A stretch of 64,000 nucleotides of DNA from Planctomycetales bacterium (GCA_037441675.1 JBBIRS010000004.1:94617-158616); one strand, 5' to 3'. Shown: positions 49,429 through 60,353, counted from the first letter of the stretch. Numbers and translations are program-made. The notes: generated by a model from the letters alone, not told the origin.

Positions 49429-50304
49429 GTGCGAGAGTTTCCACAAAAAGTAATCCTTATTACAGGAATGAGCGGAGCTGGCAAGACGACCGCTCTCAGA
49501 TGCTTTGAAGACCTTGGTTATTTCTGCGTTGATAACGTTCCACCCCAACTTATTGAAACGTTTCTCCACCTGCTATCCGAAATGAAGGGAAGACCCGAGG
49601 GGGTTGTATTTGTCTGCGACGTGAGAAGTGGTGCGTTGTTTGATAGCTTAGAATACGTTTGGGAAACCTTGAGGGAAAAGGCTCAGTCAGCTTCCCTCAT
49701 ATTTTTGGATGCAAGCGACTCAAAACTGATACAACGATTCAGCGAACTAAGAAGACAGCATCCGTTATCAATGGCTAGGATTTCAAATGAAGAAGCTATA
49801 AAAGAGGAAAGAAAGAGACTTGAAGCTCTAAAAGAAATTGCAACGAAAGTCATTGACACCACAGAACTTACCTCCAGTAAGCTTATAGAAACTTTGAGAA
49901 GCCTGTTCATTTCTCCTGATGCTCACTTTACCCCAACCGTAACTATAATGAGTTTTGGTTACAAGTATGGCGTACCAGCTGATGCAGACTTCGTCTTTGA
50001 TACCCGCTTCCTGCCCAATCCCTACTACGTTGATGAGCTCAAAGGTTTAACTGGAATATCTGGGGAGGTTAGAAACTTTGTTTTATCTGGTGATTCCGCA
50101 GAATGGTTTGGGGATAGGATAGTAGAAATTGTAGAAAGAACTCTTCCAGGTTTTGAAGGCATTCAAAAGCTGAATGTGCAAATATCTATAGGTTGTACAG
50201 GTGGGAAGCACAGAAGTGTAGCGCTAGCGGAATGGTTAAAGGAAGCCCTTGAAAGACAGGGAAGGCGTGTGAGAGTAATCCATCGGGATATTGATAGACC
50301 CTGA
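49429..50304 (+). CDS. rapZ: RNase adapter RapZ (YvcJ-family P-loop protein)
   Basis: TGMSGAGKT, EDLGYFCVDN, RR.HPL, SFGYKYG.P, D.RFLPNP, GCTGGKHRSV, HRD. Confidence 0.95.
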   Translation: MREFPQKVILITGMSGAGKTTALRCFEDLGYFCVDNVPPQLIETFLHLLSEMKGRPEGVVFVCDVRSGALFDSLEYVWETLREKAQSASLIFLDASDSKLIQRFSELRRQHPLSMARISNEEAIKEERKRLEALKEIATKVIDTTELTSSKLIETLRSLFISPDAHFTPTVTIMSFGYKYGVPADADFVFDTRFLPNPYYVDELKGLTGISGEVRNFVLSGDSAEWFGDRIVEIVERTLPGFEGIQKLNVQISIGCTGGKHRSVALAEWLKEALERQGRRVRVIHRDIDRP

Positions 50305-50578
50305 ACTTCTAACTTTCTCGGTGCTCTTTTAGGATTAAGATATTGAGTTATTACCTTTTGATATTACCTTTATCGATTTCCGAAGCTAAGGTTAATAGTA
50401 GTTATTAGAATTTAATGGTATACTTTCACTATCATATAAGTGGGGTCCATCTGATAGAATTCCACAAAAGTTGTAAGAAAAACATACTAACAGTGTTTGG
50501 AAACTCGTAAACTTTTACACTGAAAGGAAATAGCAGAAAGTATTTAGAAATTTCCAACAGGAAGAAGTGATATTTACA

Positions 50579-51634
50579 ATGGTTGACATAAAAAAAGGCT
50601 TATTTCTTAGAGCGCTGAATGGTGAAAAGGTTGAGAGAATACCAGTCTGGATTATGCGACAGGCGAGTAGATACCTGCCAGAACATATAGAATTAAGGGA
50701 GAGGGAAGGCTTTGAGAAGGCCATAAAGACGCCTGAACTTATTGCCGAATTAAGCTTACAGCCTATAAGGCGTTTCTCCCCTGATGCAGCAATAGTCTAT
50801 TCCGACATCCTAATGCCCTGCGAAGCAATGGGAATGAAGGTAAGCTTTGATGAATCAGGTCCACACTTTACTAACCCAGTCCGAACCACAGAACAAATTA
50901 GCGCCTTGCACGAGCCTTACAGCGATGAAGAGCTTCCCTATGTTTTAGATGCGATTAAAGTATTGAAGGAAGAGTTAAATGAGCTAAAAATTCCACTTAT
51001 CGGCTTTGTAGGAGGACCCTTTACAGTAACTGCATATCTGATTGAAGGAAAACCTTCCAGGAGTTTAGGCAATGTTAAAGCTATGATGCACCAAGCTCCT
51101 GATATGTTCCATCGTTTGGCTAGGCTGGTTACTTCCACATTGGCTAATCATCTTCAAGCCCAAATTCGTGCGGGTTGTGACGTGGTTCAAATCTTTGACA
51201 CATGGACTGGCTTTCTCTCCACCGCTGACTTCCGTGAATTCTCATTTCCATACATTCAGGAATTACTCTCATCTGTGGAAAATACTGTTCCAAGGATTTA
51301 CTTCACCGTTGATTGTATTTTCTTCCTGCCAGAGCTATCTGCAATTGGCGCAGACGCAATATCCGTTGACTGGAGAACTGATCTTGCCTTTGCTAGAGAA
51401 CATATCCCGGAGGATATTGGAATACAGGGCAACTTAGACCCTACTATTCTCTTAGCTGATAAAGAACTTATCAAAGGAAGAGTGCTTAACACATTGCAGA
51501 TTATGGATGGAAGACCTCGTTACATCTTCAACTTAGGACACGGCGTCCTGCCTCAAACCGATCCTGAAGCTATAAATGTCCTCGTAGAAGAAGTCAGAAA
51601 ATTTAAGCCCACATGGACTGAATATATTTCCTAA
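50579..51634 (+). CDS. hemE: uroporphyrinogen decarboxylase
   Basis: PVWIMRQA.RYLPE, DAAI.YSDI, LIGF.GGPFT, QIFD, QGNLDP, FNLGHG. Confidence 0.94.
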   Translation: MVDIKKGLFLRALNGEKVERIPVWIMRQASRYLPEHIELREREGFEKAIKTPELIAELSLQPIRRFSPDAAIVYSDILMPCEAMGMKVSFDESGPHFTNPVRTTEQISALHEPYSDEELPYVLDAIKVLKEELNELKIPLIGFVGGPFTVTAYLIEGKPSRSLGNVKAMMHQAPDMFHRLARLVTSTLANHLQAQIRAGCDVVQIFDTWTGFLSTADFREFSFPYIQELLSSVENTVPRIYFTVDCIFFLPELSAIGADAISVDWRTDLAFAREHIPEDIGIQGNLDPTILLADKELIKGRVLNTLQIMDGRPRYIFNLGHGVLPQTDPEAINVLVEEVRKFKPTWTEYIS

Positions 51635-51917
51635 ATCCATATCAGGTTTGAGCTTAAACTTTGATACAGTAATCTGCGATGTTTCCGCTTTATATTTCTC
51701 AAACTCAATCCCCCGAGGTTGGATTTCTCACACGATTTAATCTCATCTAAGAAATATTCAGAAAATAGAATTACCACACGAGCACTATTTAGTCCTAATA
51801 TGAGAGAAATGCAAGAGTAAGAGGGTAATGAAAGCAACGTGTAAGTTTTCAATAGCAGAAAATGACTTTTCAAGTAATACTTTATGAAGGCTCTAAATTC
51901 CGGTTACGCCTGATAAC

Positions 51918-52877
51918 CTATTCGCCTAAACTCTTCTGATAATCATTTACACGCCAGATACCCTCAGCAATAACAGTATCCTTCTTCCTCCCATATATTC
52001 TGAAGTAAAAGAATTTGCTCTTATTCATCAAATTCTTCACCGCTTCCTCAATTACCAGATTTAGTTCGGAAAGTTGAGTTTCACGAACAGCGCCCATCTC
52101 CTCCGTTATTGGCTCTTCTGAAGTGCTAATGCCCATCACTCCTCTTAGTTTCATCTCAGCGCGCCTCCTAATAGTCCTATTAACTGCGGATTCGATGAGT
52201 TTTAACTCCGCCTCGTCCGTTATCTGAAAGATATAGCCATTCCCGGGGCTAAATTCTTTATGCCAGCTTTCAAAGAATCTGCCGGTAACTGGACTGGCGA
52301 AACGTGGAAACCACTCTTCTTTAAGGATTCTTTCGAATACTGTTTTATCCTGCCTTGCCCGCTTGAAAAGAGCTGACAGCTCATTTTGGTCACGGCTATG
52401 CCAAAGCTTCGGGGTGTCATCCCATCCTTTTATCTCCCTAAGCCCAGCAACGTTCATTCTGGCAATTAAAGCCTGCCAAGAGGTAAGGTCATGGGAATCA
52501 GTAAAAGTCCATTCCATTCTCAGTAGTAGCTTCTCTTCACGGGATAGTTGAGAATAATGACTAATTTTTCCCCACAACTTTTCCCCCTGAAAGGTTTTCG
52601 CTATATCCTCTATCACAGGGTAATCACCATTCTGCCAAATCGCGATAGCCTCATCTGAAGCCCGCTTGCGAGAAGATTCTTCATAAGTTAATAGTGCGGA
52701 TAATCCTGATTCAGTTAGGGAAAGTTTGGGTAGCATTTCTGCTAGTGTGGCAAGTGTCTCAGATTTTAGACGAGCATCTCTTTGTTGAGCAGGAAGATTA
52801 GATTTTCGTTCCGCTTTCGTCTGAACGCAGGAAGAAACTATCAGCAGAACAACCAAGAACCCTCGCACAGAAAGCAT
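51918..52877 (-). CDS. hypothetical lipoprotein
   Basis: Short hydrophobic signal with VSSC lipobox; 319-aa ORF. Confidence 0.75.
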   Translation of the reverse strand: MLSVRGFLVVLLIVSSCVQTKAERKSNLPAQQRDARLKSETLATLAEMLPKLSLTESGLSALLTYEESSRKRASDEAIAIWQNGDYPVIEDIAKTFQGEKLWGKISHYSQLSREEKLLLRMEWTFTDSHDLTSWQALIARMNVAGLREIKGWDDTPKLWHSRDQNELSALFKRARQDKTVFERILKEEWFPRFASPVTGRFFESWHKEFSPGNGYIFQITDEAELKLIESAVNRTIRRRAEMKLRGVMGISTSEEPITEEMGAVRETQLSELNLVIEEAVKNLMNKSKFFYFRIYGRKKDTVIAEGIWRVNDYQKSLGE

Positions 52878-52883
52878 ATCAAG

Positions 52884-52892
52884 ATTTTAGCA
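52884..52892 (-). promoter_or_regulatory. extended -10 element (TGCTAAAAT), leaderless-type spacing
   Basis: 6 nt upstream of ATG 52877, no SD. Confidence 0.6.
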
Positions 52893-52984
52893 GTCGTAAA
52901 TTTTCGAATGATGGCTCCAGCCTAATCCCCCAATCTCTTATGGTATGCTGGCAGTTATAGTTAGATGTGTGTAAAACATGCGTA

Positions 52985-54376
52985 TTACCCTGCTTCAATT
53001 TCAGTAGCAGGGAGAATTAGTTGACCCTCCTCTCCCCTTTCCCGCCCAACAACTTCGCTCTCTTTCTCTTTTTGTGGGAAGTCAACGATAGGACCCTCGG
53101 CAAAGGCTCTCTTAATATCCTTTGTATCAATGGTGATTACCTCGCCACTTCCACGTTTGGATGGAAGGGAATACATTAAATCGAGTAGCAATTTCTCCGT
53201 AATACTTCTAAGACCTCTAGCACCGGTTCCACGTTTTTTTGCCATCCTCGCTATTTCCTTAAGCGCACCTTTGGTGAATCGTAACTCAACTCCATCTTGC
53301 TTGAAAAGGTACTGATACTGTTTTATCAAGGCGGTAGCGGGCTTATAAAGAATCTCAACTAAAGCGTTCTCGTCTAGCTCGTCTAGAACAGCCACAACAG
53401 GAAGTCTTCCAACCAGTTCAGGAATGAGACCATACTTGATAAGGTCCTCAGGCTCCACGTGGCGCAGTATTTCATACTTACTTTTCTCTGCACTCACCAA
53501 TGCAGTTTCACCAACTGGCATCTGTCCACTAGCTCTAAATCCAATACCGCGCTTGCCTAACCTTCTTTCCACAATGCTTTCTAGCTTGTCAAATGTACCA
53601 CCGCAAATGAAAAGGATGTTATTGGTGCAGATTTGAATAAAGTCATCCTGGGGATGTTTTCTTCCGCCATGGGGGGGGACATTCGCGATTGTTCCTTCAA
53701 GAATTTTTAAGAGAGCTTGCTGGACACCCTCGCCGGACACATCCCGCGTTATGCTGGGGTTCTCGCTTTTCCTAGCAATCTTGTCTATCTCATCAATATA
53801 GATGATGCCTCGCTCTGTTCTCGCAAGGACTTCCGCAGGAGAAGCATTAGGAGCTTGCGCCTGAGCAACTTGATAAAGCCTAAGAAGTATGTTCTCCACA
53901 TCTTCACCCACGTAACCAGCCTCAGTCAAAGTTGTTGCATCCGCAATCGCAAAGGGAACATCTAGGATGTTGGCAATTTTCTGAGCCAACAATGTCTTCC
54001 CAACCCCAGTAGGACCAATTAAGAGAACGTTGCTCTTTTGAATTTCAACATCTGGCTCAGTGACCGCAGCTATGCGTTTGTAATGGTTGTAAACCGCAAC
54101 CGCGAGAACCTTCTTGGCATAGTCCTGACTGATTACGTAGCGCTCTAGATAATCAACGATGTCTTTAGGTGTTGGAACCTGCCCCACGGGCAATCTAGAA
54201 CGTGCTTGAAACTTAGGTCCATCCAGTAGCTCCTTGCAGATGTTAACGCAATCCTCGCAGATGAAGATGCCAGGACCCTTTATCATTCTAACGTTGCTTC
54301 TAGCTTGCTCTTCGCCGCAGAAGCCACAGCGGGGCGAGCCCGCATACTTACCACTTTCTTCCCCGGATGATGGCAT
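52985..54376 (-). CDS. clpX: ATP-dependent Clp protease ATP-binding subunit ClpX
   Basis: CGFC...C..C zinc finger, [41 protein letters not shown] loop, GARGLR. Confidence 0.97.
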   Translation of the reverse strand: MPSSGEESGKYAGSPRCGFCGEEQARSNVRMIKGPGIFICEDCVNICKELLDGPKFQARSRLPVGQVPTPKDIVDYLERYVISQDYAKKVLAVAVYNHYKRIAAVTEPDVEIQKSNVLLIGPTGVGKTLLAQKIANILDVPFAIADATTLTEAGYVGEDVENILLRLYQVAQAQAPNASPAEVLARTERGIIYIDEIDKIARKSENPSITRDVSGEGVQQALLKILEGTIANVPPHGGRKHPQDDFIQICTNNILFICGGTFDKLESIVERRLGKRGIGFRASGQMPVGETALVSAEKSKYEILRHVEPEDLIKYGLIPELVGRLPVVAVLDELDENALVEILYKPATALIKQYQYLFKQDGVELRFTKGALKEIARMAKKRGTGARGLRSITEKLLLDLMYSLPSKRGSGEVITIDTKDIKRAFAEGPIVDFPQKEKESEVVGRERGEEGQLILPATEIEAG

Positions 54377-54382
54377 AAATTT

Positions 54383-54391
54383 ATTATACCA
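54383..54391 (-). promoter_or_regulatory. extended -10 element (TGGTATAAT), leaderless-type spacing
   Basis: 6 nt upstream of the clpX ATG 54376, no SD. Confidence 0.65.
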
Positions 54392-54430
54392 GAGAACGAA
54401 GAAACGGGTAAAAACCCCAAAAATGGCAGA

Positions 54431-56416
54431 TCACACTAAATCTACTTCTCGTGCTTCCGGGAAAACGGATTTAACTTCAGCGACTGTTTTCTCGGCTAAC
54501 TCAATCTCTTTACCTGCGTCTTCAACCTCTACCACAACCTCTTTGACTTCTCCAAAGTGTTTCTTCGCAAAATGCGAAATAATTCGCATATTGCTTGCCT
54601 CAGAAGCCAACTGAACGAAGTAACGAAAATGGTATGGATAGCGAAGAACAAGCTTTTCCCCTCTGAGGAACGGGATTGGCGCATCAAAGACAATGCAGAA
54701 AGTCGTTATGCTCTCCTTTCGCACATCAGCAAGAAACATACGCCAACGCTCATCATTGGCAATTGAATCAGGAAAATCAGTTGTTGAATGGTCGCTAGAT
54801 GGCTGGTAGCTTGCAGAACTTTGTGCCTCAGGTTTACTAGTAGTTTCTATTGTAAAGAGAGCTGAAGATTCAGTTTCTTCCTCCGCTAAAGATGCTTCGC
54901 TCGCAGATAAAGATTCCGCTTTAGGCTTTTTCCCACCAATTATCGCTGAACCTGAAATGGATTCGGCCGCTATTTTTAATTTTTCAGGAAGTTCAAATAG
55001 TTTCCCAGTCTCATGCTCGGGAAGTTCCTCTGAAGGTTTCGTATGATTAAATTCAGGAAAAGGAGGTGAGCTGAGGTCATCCTCAGTTACATCAGTCCAA
55101 TCGGTCTCTTCATTAGAAAGAAGCTCATCAGTGGCGGTCGGTTTGCTTTCAGATGATATCTCATTTCTAGACGTATCCACCAATGTTGATGGCTGAGCTT
55201 CAGCTATATTTAAGTTACTTGAAGAAGTTTTATCAATTGGAGACTTGATTGGAAGCGTCTCAGCAGAAGGAGCAGGAGCGTTTGCTGAATTAGCCCTAAC
55301 CTTTTTAGATTTACCTTCAGAAGATTGAAAGGGCTCCAAAGTTGTCGCTTCAATTAAACTCAGAACTTTCACCAGGCGAAATAGTGTGATTCTAAGAAGC
55401 AAAGTTGGATTAGCCTCTCTTCTAAGGCGGTTGCTCGCCTCCCAGCATTCCGAAATGGCGGATATCAAAGCGGTATCAGAGACTTCAGGATAAGGTATGT
55501 TTCTGGACTGAGTCGCATTCCGTAAATTGGTGCGATTTAACAAAAACTTCTCAAAAACATCCGCAAGCTCCAAGAGAACACGCTCAGGGTCACGCCCAGA
55601 TAAGATTATTTCCTCGCTAGTTGCGGAAACTTCCTCGTTTCTTCCTAATATAAGACTGACCGCAAGGTCAATGACCCTCTGAGGATTAACCAAATGAAAG
55701 AGTTCGTCTAGCTTTTCCTTTGTGACTACTCCGTCAGAATAAACAATTGCCTGCTCCAGAAGGCTGATAGCGTCTCTCACGCTTCCTTCGGAAAGTTTTG
55801 CGAGCTCCAGCGCTGATTCATCGGTGATACTAACATTCTCATTTTTGCAGATCTCCTTGAGCCTATTCGAGATAAGCTGTAAAGGCAGTCGGTAGAAGTC
55901 AAACTTGAGCGTGCGCGAGAGAATAGTTAGAGGAAGTTTGTGTGGTAGCGTAGTACAGAGGATAAGTATAACGTGAGGTGGGGGTTCTTCCAGCGTTTTA
56001 AGAAGAGCGTTGAAAGCGGCATCCGTAATCATATGCGCCTCATCAATAATGTAAACCTTGTAACGGAAGCGAAGTGGAGCGTAGTGAACCCGCTCTCGCA
56101 GGTCCCTTATATCATCAATTCCGCGGTTGGACGCCGCATCAATTTCAATGAAATCAGGCGCGCGATTCTCCGCGATGGAAGTACAGACTTCGCAAACCCC
56201 GCAGGCATCGCCGTCCTTACCGTTTTCACAGTTGAGGGCTTTGGCGAAAATGCGAGCGGCGGATGTTTTACCAGTCCCACGAGGACCACCGAAAAGATAG
56301 GCGTGAGAGATCTTCTCCTGCCTGATGGAGTTTCTAAGAAGCTGAGTAACGTGCTTCTGCCCCACCACATCCGCGAATTTCTGCGGACGATACTTCCTGT
56401 ATAATGTTTGGTACAT
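54431..56416 (-). CDS. dnaX: DNA polymerase III subunit gamma/tau
   Basis: LYRKYRP..F, GPRGTGKT, EIDAASN.G, IIDEAHM, NALLKTLEEPP, TILSR, GSVRDA; long S/E/T/P-rich linker. Start taken at ATG 56416. Confidence 0.96.
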   Translation of the reverse strand: MYQTLYRKYRPQKFADVVGQKHVTQLLRNSIRQEKISHAYLFGGPRGTGKTSAARIFAKALNCENGKDGDACGVCEVCTSIAENRAPDFIEIDAASNRGIDDIRDLRERVHYAPLRFRYKVYIIDEAHMITDAAFNALLKTLEEPPPHVILILCTTLPHKLPLTILSRTLKFDFYRLPLQLISNRLKEICKNENVSITDESALELAKLSEGSVRDAISLLEQAIVYSDGVVTKEKLDELFHLVNPQRVIDLAVSLILGRNEEVSATSEEIILSGRDPERVLLELADVFEKFLLNRTNLRNATQSRNIPYPEVSDTALISAISECWEASNRLRREANPTLLLRITLFRLVKVLSLIEATTLEPFQSSEGKSKKVRANSANAPAPSAETLPIKSPIDKTSSSNLNIAEAQPSTLVDTSRNEISSESKPTATDELLSNEETDWTDVTEDDLSSPPFPEFNHTKPSEELPEHETGKLFELPEKLKIAAESISGSAIIGGKKPKAESLSASEASLAEEETESSALFTIETTSKPEAQSSASYQPSSDHSTTDFPDSIANDERWRMFLADVRKESITTFCIVFDAPIPFLRGEKLVLRYPYHFRYFVQLASEASNMRIISHFAKKHFGEVKEVVVEVEDAGKEIELAEKTVAEVKSVFPEAREVDLV

Positions 56417-56558
56417 CGATTTGCTAACATTCATTATAACCTTTCGGAAAGTTACACAGTAAAAACCGATGTAACGAAAGCGTGATATTCATCTTTAGTA
56501 AAGATTATTTTCTACTATAGGACACTTGTTTGGTGGCGAAGTTTAGGTGAATCCCTTT

Positions 56559-56600
56559 TTGACGTTAGATAAGTCATACTGTATGATACTGTTCTCATAC
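56559..56600 (+). promoter_or_regulatory. sigma70-type promoter with overlapping inverted repeats
   Basis: TTGACG (56559-56564), 17 bp, TATGAT (56582-56587); palindromes TCATAC-T-GTATGA and GTATGA-N8-TCATAC overlap the -10. Confidence 0.6.
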
Positions 56601-56627
56601 GAAACAAGTGGAGTCAGGAGGGAGATA

Positions 56628-56857
56628 ATGACCCAGTACTGGTTAGTGAGAGCGTCTGGCGGACAATCTGCAGCGGAAGCCCGTATCGCTGAAAGAACAA
56701 TTCGTTACCGAGTAATCTTTGCTTGAAAAACAGTTCAGCTCTGCCTATGATGTTTCCACTGTTGTTCACGCCTGAAGGAAACTTCGATGGCGTAAAATCC
56801 CTAGGAAGGAAGAAAATGAAGCGCGTCATTTGGCGTATCGTCGACACTCAAAAGTAG
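56628..56857 (+). pseudogene. small ORF or gene remnant (MTQYWLVRA...)
   Basis: AGGAGG RBS, ATG 56628 and a 32-aa frame ending at TGA 56726; a further short frame runs to ~56857. Confidence 0.4.
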
Positions 56858-56906
56858 TAGTTCACCGAAGTTCTTCCTTCAACAACCACCTGGTTTACGT
56901 AGCGCA

Positions 56907-58151
56907 CTACTCAAGCATCGAGTAGAACCTCTGCTTAACTTCGCCTGCGTCTTCAATCTGTTCTCTCAGGGCGTGATACGCGCGGTAAAGGTATGGCTTA
57001 AGCTCGGGAGCGATTACCCTATCCTCAGCTAAAAATGCGTAGACAAACTTTTGCACGTGCATTGCGGTTGGCTCCGCATCCTGCGAACTAGCCCATAGAA
57101 GAGCTTCCCGTGTATCGGGAACTTGAATGGACAAGCCCGCATCCTCAATCTCCTTGCCTACCCATCCCTCCTGCAAAAAATCCACCGCCTGAAGAATCGG
57201 ATATAGCGGGAAAAGAGACATCCTCTCAATTGCCATCCGCACCGCGTGAACATAGGTAAGTTTGTGGATGTTCACGATGAAATGGTCACCCCCTTGGTAA
57301 ATCCACTCGCACGCGCATACAATGAGCGCATCCACTAAACTCTTAAGCGCGCATTCATTCCTTAGCGTATGATTTACCACACTTTCGAAATCATCTGAAT
57401 TGAGAATCTTGTCCGCAAGTTTAACCGCTTCCTTGTAATCAAGCTGTCGCTTATGGGAATAAACTGTCTTATCCTCCAAATCAATCTCAGATATCCACTC
57501 TTCAACACGTTTTTTTTGCTCCGTGATAACCTCGCAGGAGGCATAGTGAACCACAGGGCGAAGAACTCCAAAGCCAATTTCAAACTTCAGCTTCTCCGCT
57601 GATTCAAAGAGATGGGTTGCCATTATTAGCTTATGCCCAATGTTCTTATAATCCAAAGTGCAGGCAAGGAAGAGGTAATTAGCAAGAAAGTCATAGAATT
57701 TGGGGGGCTTGAGGATTAACTCCAGCGCACCATCAACTCTAGCAAGATCTTTCGTTTGAATGGCGCGAAGCATAATTTCGCCAAGAAACTCTGGCTCTTC
57801 CACCTGGAAAGCTAGGTATGGTTCAACTGGCTCATTCTCAAATTTTTCCCAATCGTGGGCAAGGAGCACTCCAGCCTGCGCGAGAATCAGAAATGCCTCC
57901 TTTCGTGGCAATCGCTCCGCCAAACTTCCACAAGCGTTAAGTCCAAAAAGTGAATGGGGAACGTGATGCGTAAATTTTTCATAAGAATAGTTGCGGGCGC
58001 CGATCCGAAGCATAATACCGAAAAGCTCATTCGCACTAATCTCAGTATTCACTGTTTTTGCGATAATAGGAATTACACCTTCTTTATCCGAAGCGGAAAT
58101 AGCCTTAAGAAGCTCCTCGTATATACGATTCTTAGTTTCCATCGGCTGCAT
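56907..58151 (-). CDS. hypothetical helical protein with repeated His motifs
   Basis: 414-aa ORF with HHVPHS, NIGHKLI, NIHKLTYVHA and MHVQKF motifs. Confidence 0.75.
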   Translation of the reverse strand: MQPMETKNRIYEELLKAISASDKEGVIPIIAKTVNTEISANELFGIMLRIGARNYSYEKFTHHVPHSLFGLNACGSLAERLPRKEAFLILAQAGVLLAHDWEKFENEPVEPYLAFQVEEPEFLGEIMLRAIQTKDLARVDGALELILKPPKFYDFLANYLFLACTLDYKNIGHKLIMATHLFESAEKLKFEIGFGVLRPVVHYASCEVITEQKKRVEEWISEIDLEDKTVYSHKRQLDYKEAVKLADKILNSDDFESVVNHTLRNECALKSLVDALIVCACEWIYQGGDHFIVNIHKLTYVHAVRMAIERMSLFPLYPILQAVDFLQEGWVGKEIEDAGLSIQVPDTREALLWASSQDAEPTAMHVQKFVYAFLAEDRVIAPELKPYLYRAYHALREQIEDAGEVKQRFYSMLE

Positions 58152-58225
58152 TTACAGCAGGCTATTTTAACAAAGAGGGAACTAGTAAAGAGTAAAGGGA
58201 TTTAAGGTAAAATAGAATTACTAAG

Positions 58226-59551
58226 GTGGAAAGTCAAGTATCAGTTTTGGGCGAGGATCCCTTAAGTAGCATAATCGCGTTCGCAGTTCTTGTCGTAATT
58301 ACCGCTCTTATGGTCGCCATTGAGGTTGCCTACATCGCGGTGAGAAGGAGCGCCATCCTTGAAAGGATAAAGCGGGAAGACAAACGAGCCAAGTTGGCTT
58401 ACCCTCACGTGAAGGAACCGATGGATATGCTCGCAGCGACCGCCATCGGCATAACTCTCGCAAGCGTGGTTGGTGGCGCTACTGTTGTTGCAACTATCGG
58501 CGTCGTCATTCAAAAACTCGGCGTGAACCTCGGATTTAGCGCAAGCGCATCCCTAACGGTTGGGGTAATTATCGGCACTTTCATCTTCAGCTATATTATC
58601 CTACTCTTCGGTGAGGTTCTTCCAAAGAGGCTCGCCTATCAGTATTCCGAAGCGATAACCCTTTGGACTGCGCACGTTCTTCGCTGGACTATCATCCTCA
58701 CTTACCCTTTTTTGTGGCTTTTGAAGGCGGGCGCAAATCTTTTCTGCAAGCTTTTTGGAATTAAACTTTCGGAAGAGCAAAGATTCAACGCTGCCGAACT
58801 TGCGATTATCCTGCAAATGACTGAAGATTTAACTAAAGAGGAAAAAGAACTCACAGAGAGAGTTTTCCGATTCCGTGAAACTGAGGTGAGGGATGCAATG
58901 GTTCCCCGTGTGGATATTGTTGCGATTGAGGGTGAGAAGACCATTAGCGAATTTATTGACCTTGCACTTGAAAGCGGGAAAAGCAGGCTCCCCGTCTTTG
59001 GCGAGAATAGTGATGAGATTATCGGGATTTTACATATCAAGCATGCGGGCAAAATTGAACGTGAAGGTTTTGGTAATGAACCAGTGAAGAAATACGTTCG
59101 GCAAGCTTTATTTCTGCCTGAAAGTGCGAGTGCGCTATCTGCATTGAACCAAATGAGGGATGCGAGTCAACAGATGGCGATTGCGGTGGATGAGTTTGGG
59201 CAAGTGGTTGGGCTTGTAACCCTCGAGGATTTACTTGAGGAGCTGGTCGGTGATGTTTTTGACGAAAGTGATGTTAGACGGGAGCGTGTCAAAAAAATCT
59301 CGGATAGCATTTGGCTAGTTGAGGGAACGATTAGTTTGAACGACTTATCCTATGCCCTGAAAACAGAACTTCCGCGTACTCGCGATTATGAAACGCTATC
59401 TGGGCTAATAATTGATAGATTGGGTAACGTGCCAACAGCTGGCGCTACTCTAACGGTGAATGGACTTGAACTTGAAGTGACCCGCGCAACAAAAAGAAGA
59501 ATTCTTGAAGTGAAAATTGAGCGCAAAGCTGAAATCAGCGTGGATGAGTGA
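58226..59551 (+). CDS. CNNM/hemolysin-family protein (DUF21-CBS-CorC)
   Basis: E.AY, GITLAS, FGEVLPK, V.DAMVPR, SRLPV, VDEFG...GLVTLEDLLEELVG...DE, YETLSG. Confidence 0.93.
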   Translation: MESQVSVLGEDPLSSIIAFAVLVVITALMVAIEVAYIAVRRSAILERIKREDKRAKLAYPHVKEPMDMLAATAIGITLASVVGGATVVATIGVVIQKLGVNLGFSASASLTVGVIIGTFIFSYIILLFGEVLPKRLAYQYSEAITLWTAHVLRWTIILTYPFLWLLKAGANLFCKLFGIKLSEEQRFNAAELAIILQMTEDLTKEEKELTERVFRFRETEVRDAMVPRVDIVAIEGEKTISEFIDLALESGKSRLPVFGENSDEIIGILHIKHAGKIEREGFGNEPVKKYVRQALFLPESASALSALNQMRDASQQMAIAVDEFGQVVGLVTLEDLLEELVGDVFDESDVRRERVKKISDSIWLVEGTISLNDLSYALKTELPRTRDYETLSGLIIDRLGNVPTAGATLTVNGLELEVTRATKRRILEVKIERKAEISVDE

Positions 59552-59657
59552 GGCGTGCGACGGGCGTGGCTAAGCTAGGCGCGGGATAGCTGAAGAGGAT
59601 GAGACTTTGGCTCTTCCTGTGCTATTCTTATTCTTATTTCAATGACTGGAAGTATCA

Positions 59658-60353
59658 ATGCTTTCGTTTGGCGAAAAGACTATGTCGGTTCTGAAAAGAA
59701 TTCGCGAGGATAGCCTTCAGGAGGACGCGAGTGAGGCGTATCCAGAGGGAAGAAGACTCCACGCCATCCCCTTTGAGAGCGGATGGTTCTTTTATGCTCT
59801 TGCGAGATCATTAAAGCCTAAGAGAGCTCTTGAAATTGGAATGAGCGCTGGAATGAGCACGATATTCATCGCAAAAGCGCTAAATGATAGCGTAAAGTCC
59901 ATTGGCATTCGTCAGCAGTCGTTAGATGAAAATAGCGAGAAGTCGGAAGTCACCGGCGAAACAACCGCTATCCAACCAAGCATCAAGGAACTACCAAGAC
60001 TTTACACGATGGAGTATGACAAAAGAATGCTCGCTCTCGGAAGGAAGAATCTTGAGGAGGTTGGGCTTGGGGATTGGGTGGAGATTATAGAGGGGGATGC
60101 CAAGGAAAACGTGAAAACACTTGAGGGAACATTTGAGTTTATTTTCAACGATGCGGAGAAGGTTGACTACCTTTACTTTGTGAAGGAGCTTGAGCGAGTG
60201 ACGGAAGTTGGGAGCGTGATGATTTCGGACAACGCAATAAGCCACAAAGAAATGCTTAGGGACTTTTTTAGCTACCTCGCTGACTCAGAAAAGTGGTTCT
60301 CCCAAACTATCCCAATCGGCAACGGACTTGAAATGAGCTTGCGTGTGAGGTGA
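59658..60353 (+). CDS. class I SAM-dependent O-methyltransferase
   Basis: ALEIGMSAGMST, EYD, EGDA, FIFNDAEK..Y, SDN; ~35-aa polar insertion. Confidence 0.88.
   Translation: MLSFGEKTMSVLKRIREDSLQEDASEAYPEGRRLHAIPFESGWFFYALARSLKPKRALEIGMSAGMSTIFIAKALNDSVKSIGIRQQSLDENSEKSEVTGETTAIQPSIKELPRLYTMEYDKRMLALGRKNLEEVGLGDWVEIIEGDAKENVKTLEGTFEFIFNDAEKVDYLYFVKELERVTEVGSVMISDNAISHKEMLRDFFSYLADSEKWFSQTIPIGNGLEMSLRVR

Noticed and set aside
54900..55330. Programmed -1 frameshift site in dnaX (gamma subunit)
   Set aside because: Only G-AAA-AAG and T-AAA-AAG were noticed in frame; no A-AAA-AAG heptamer or long A-run.
56435..56900. SRP RNA (ffs), often upstream of dnaX; GGAAGGAAG at ~56803
   Set aside because: Lacks the TCAGG...GGAAG..AGCAGC domain IV pairing.
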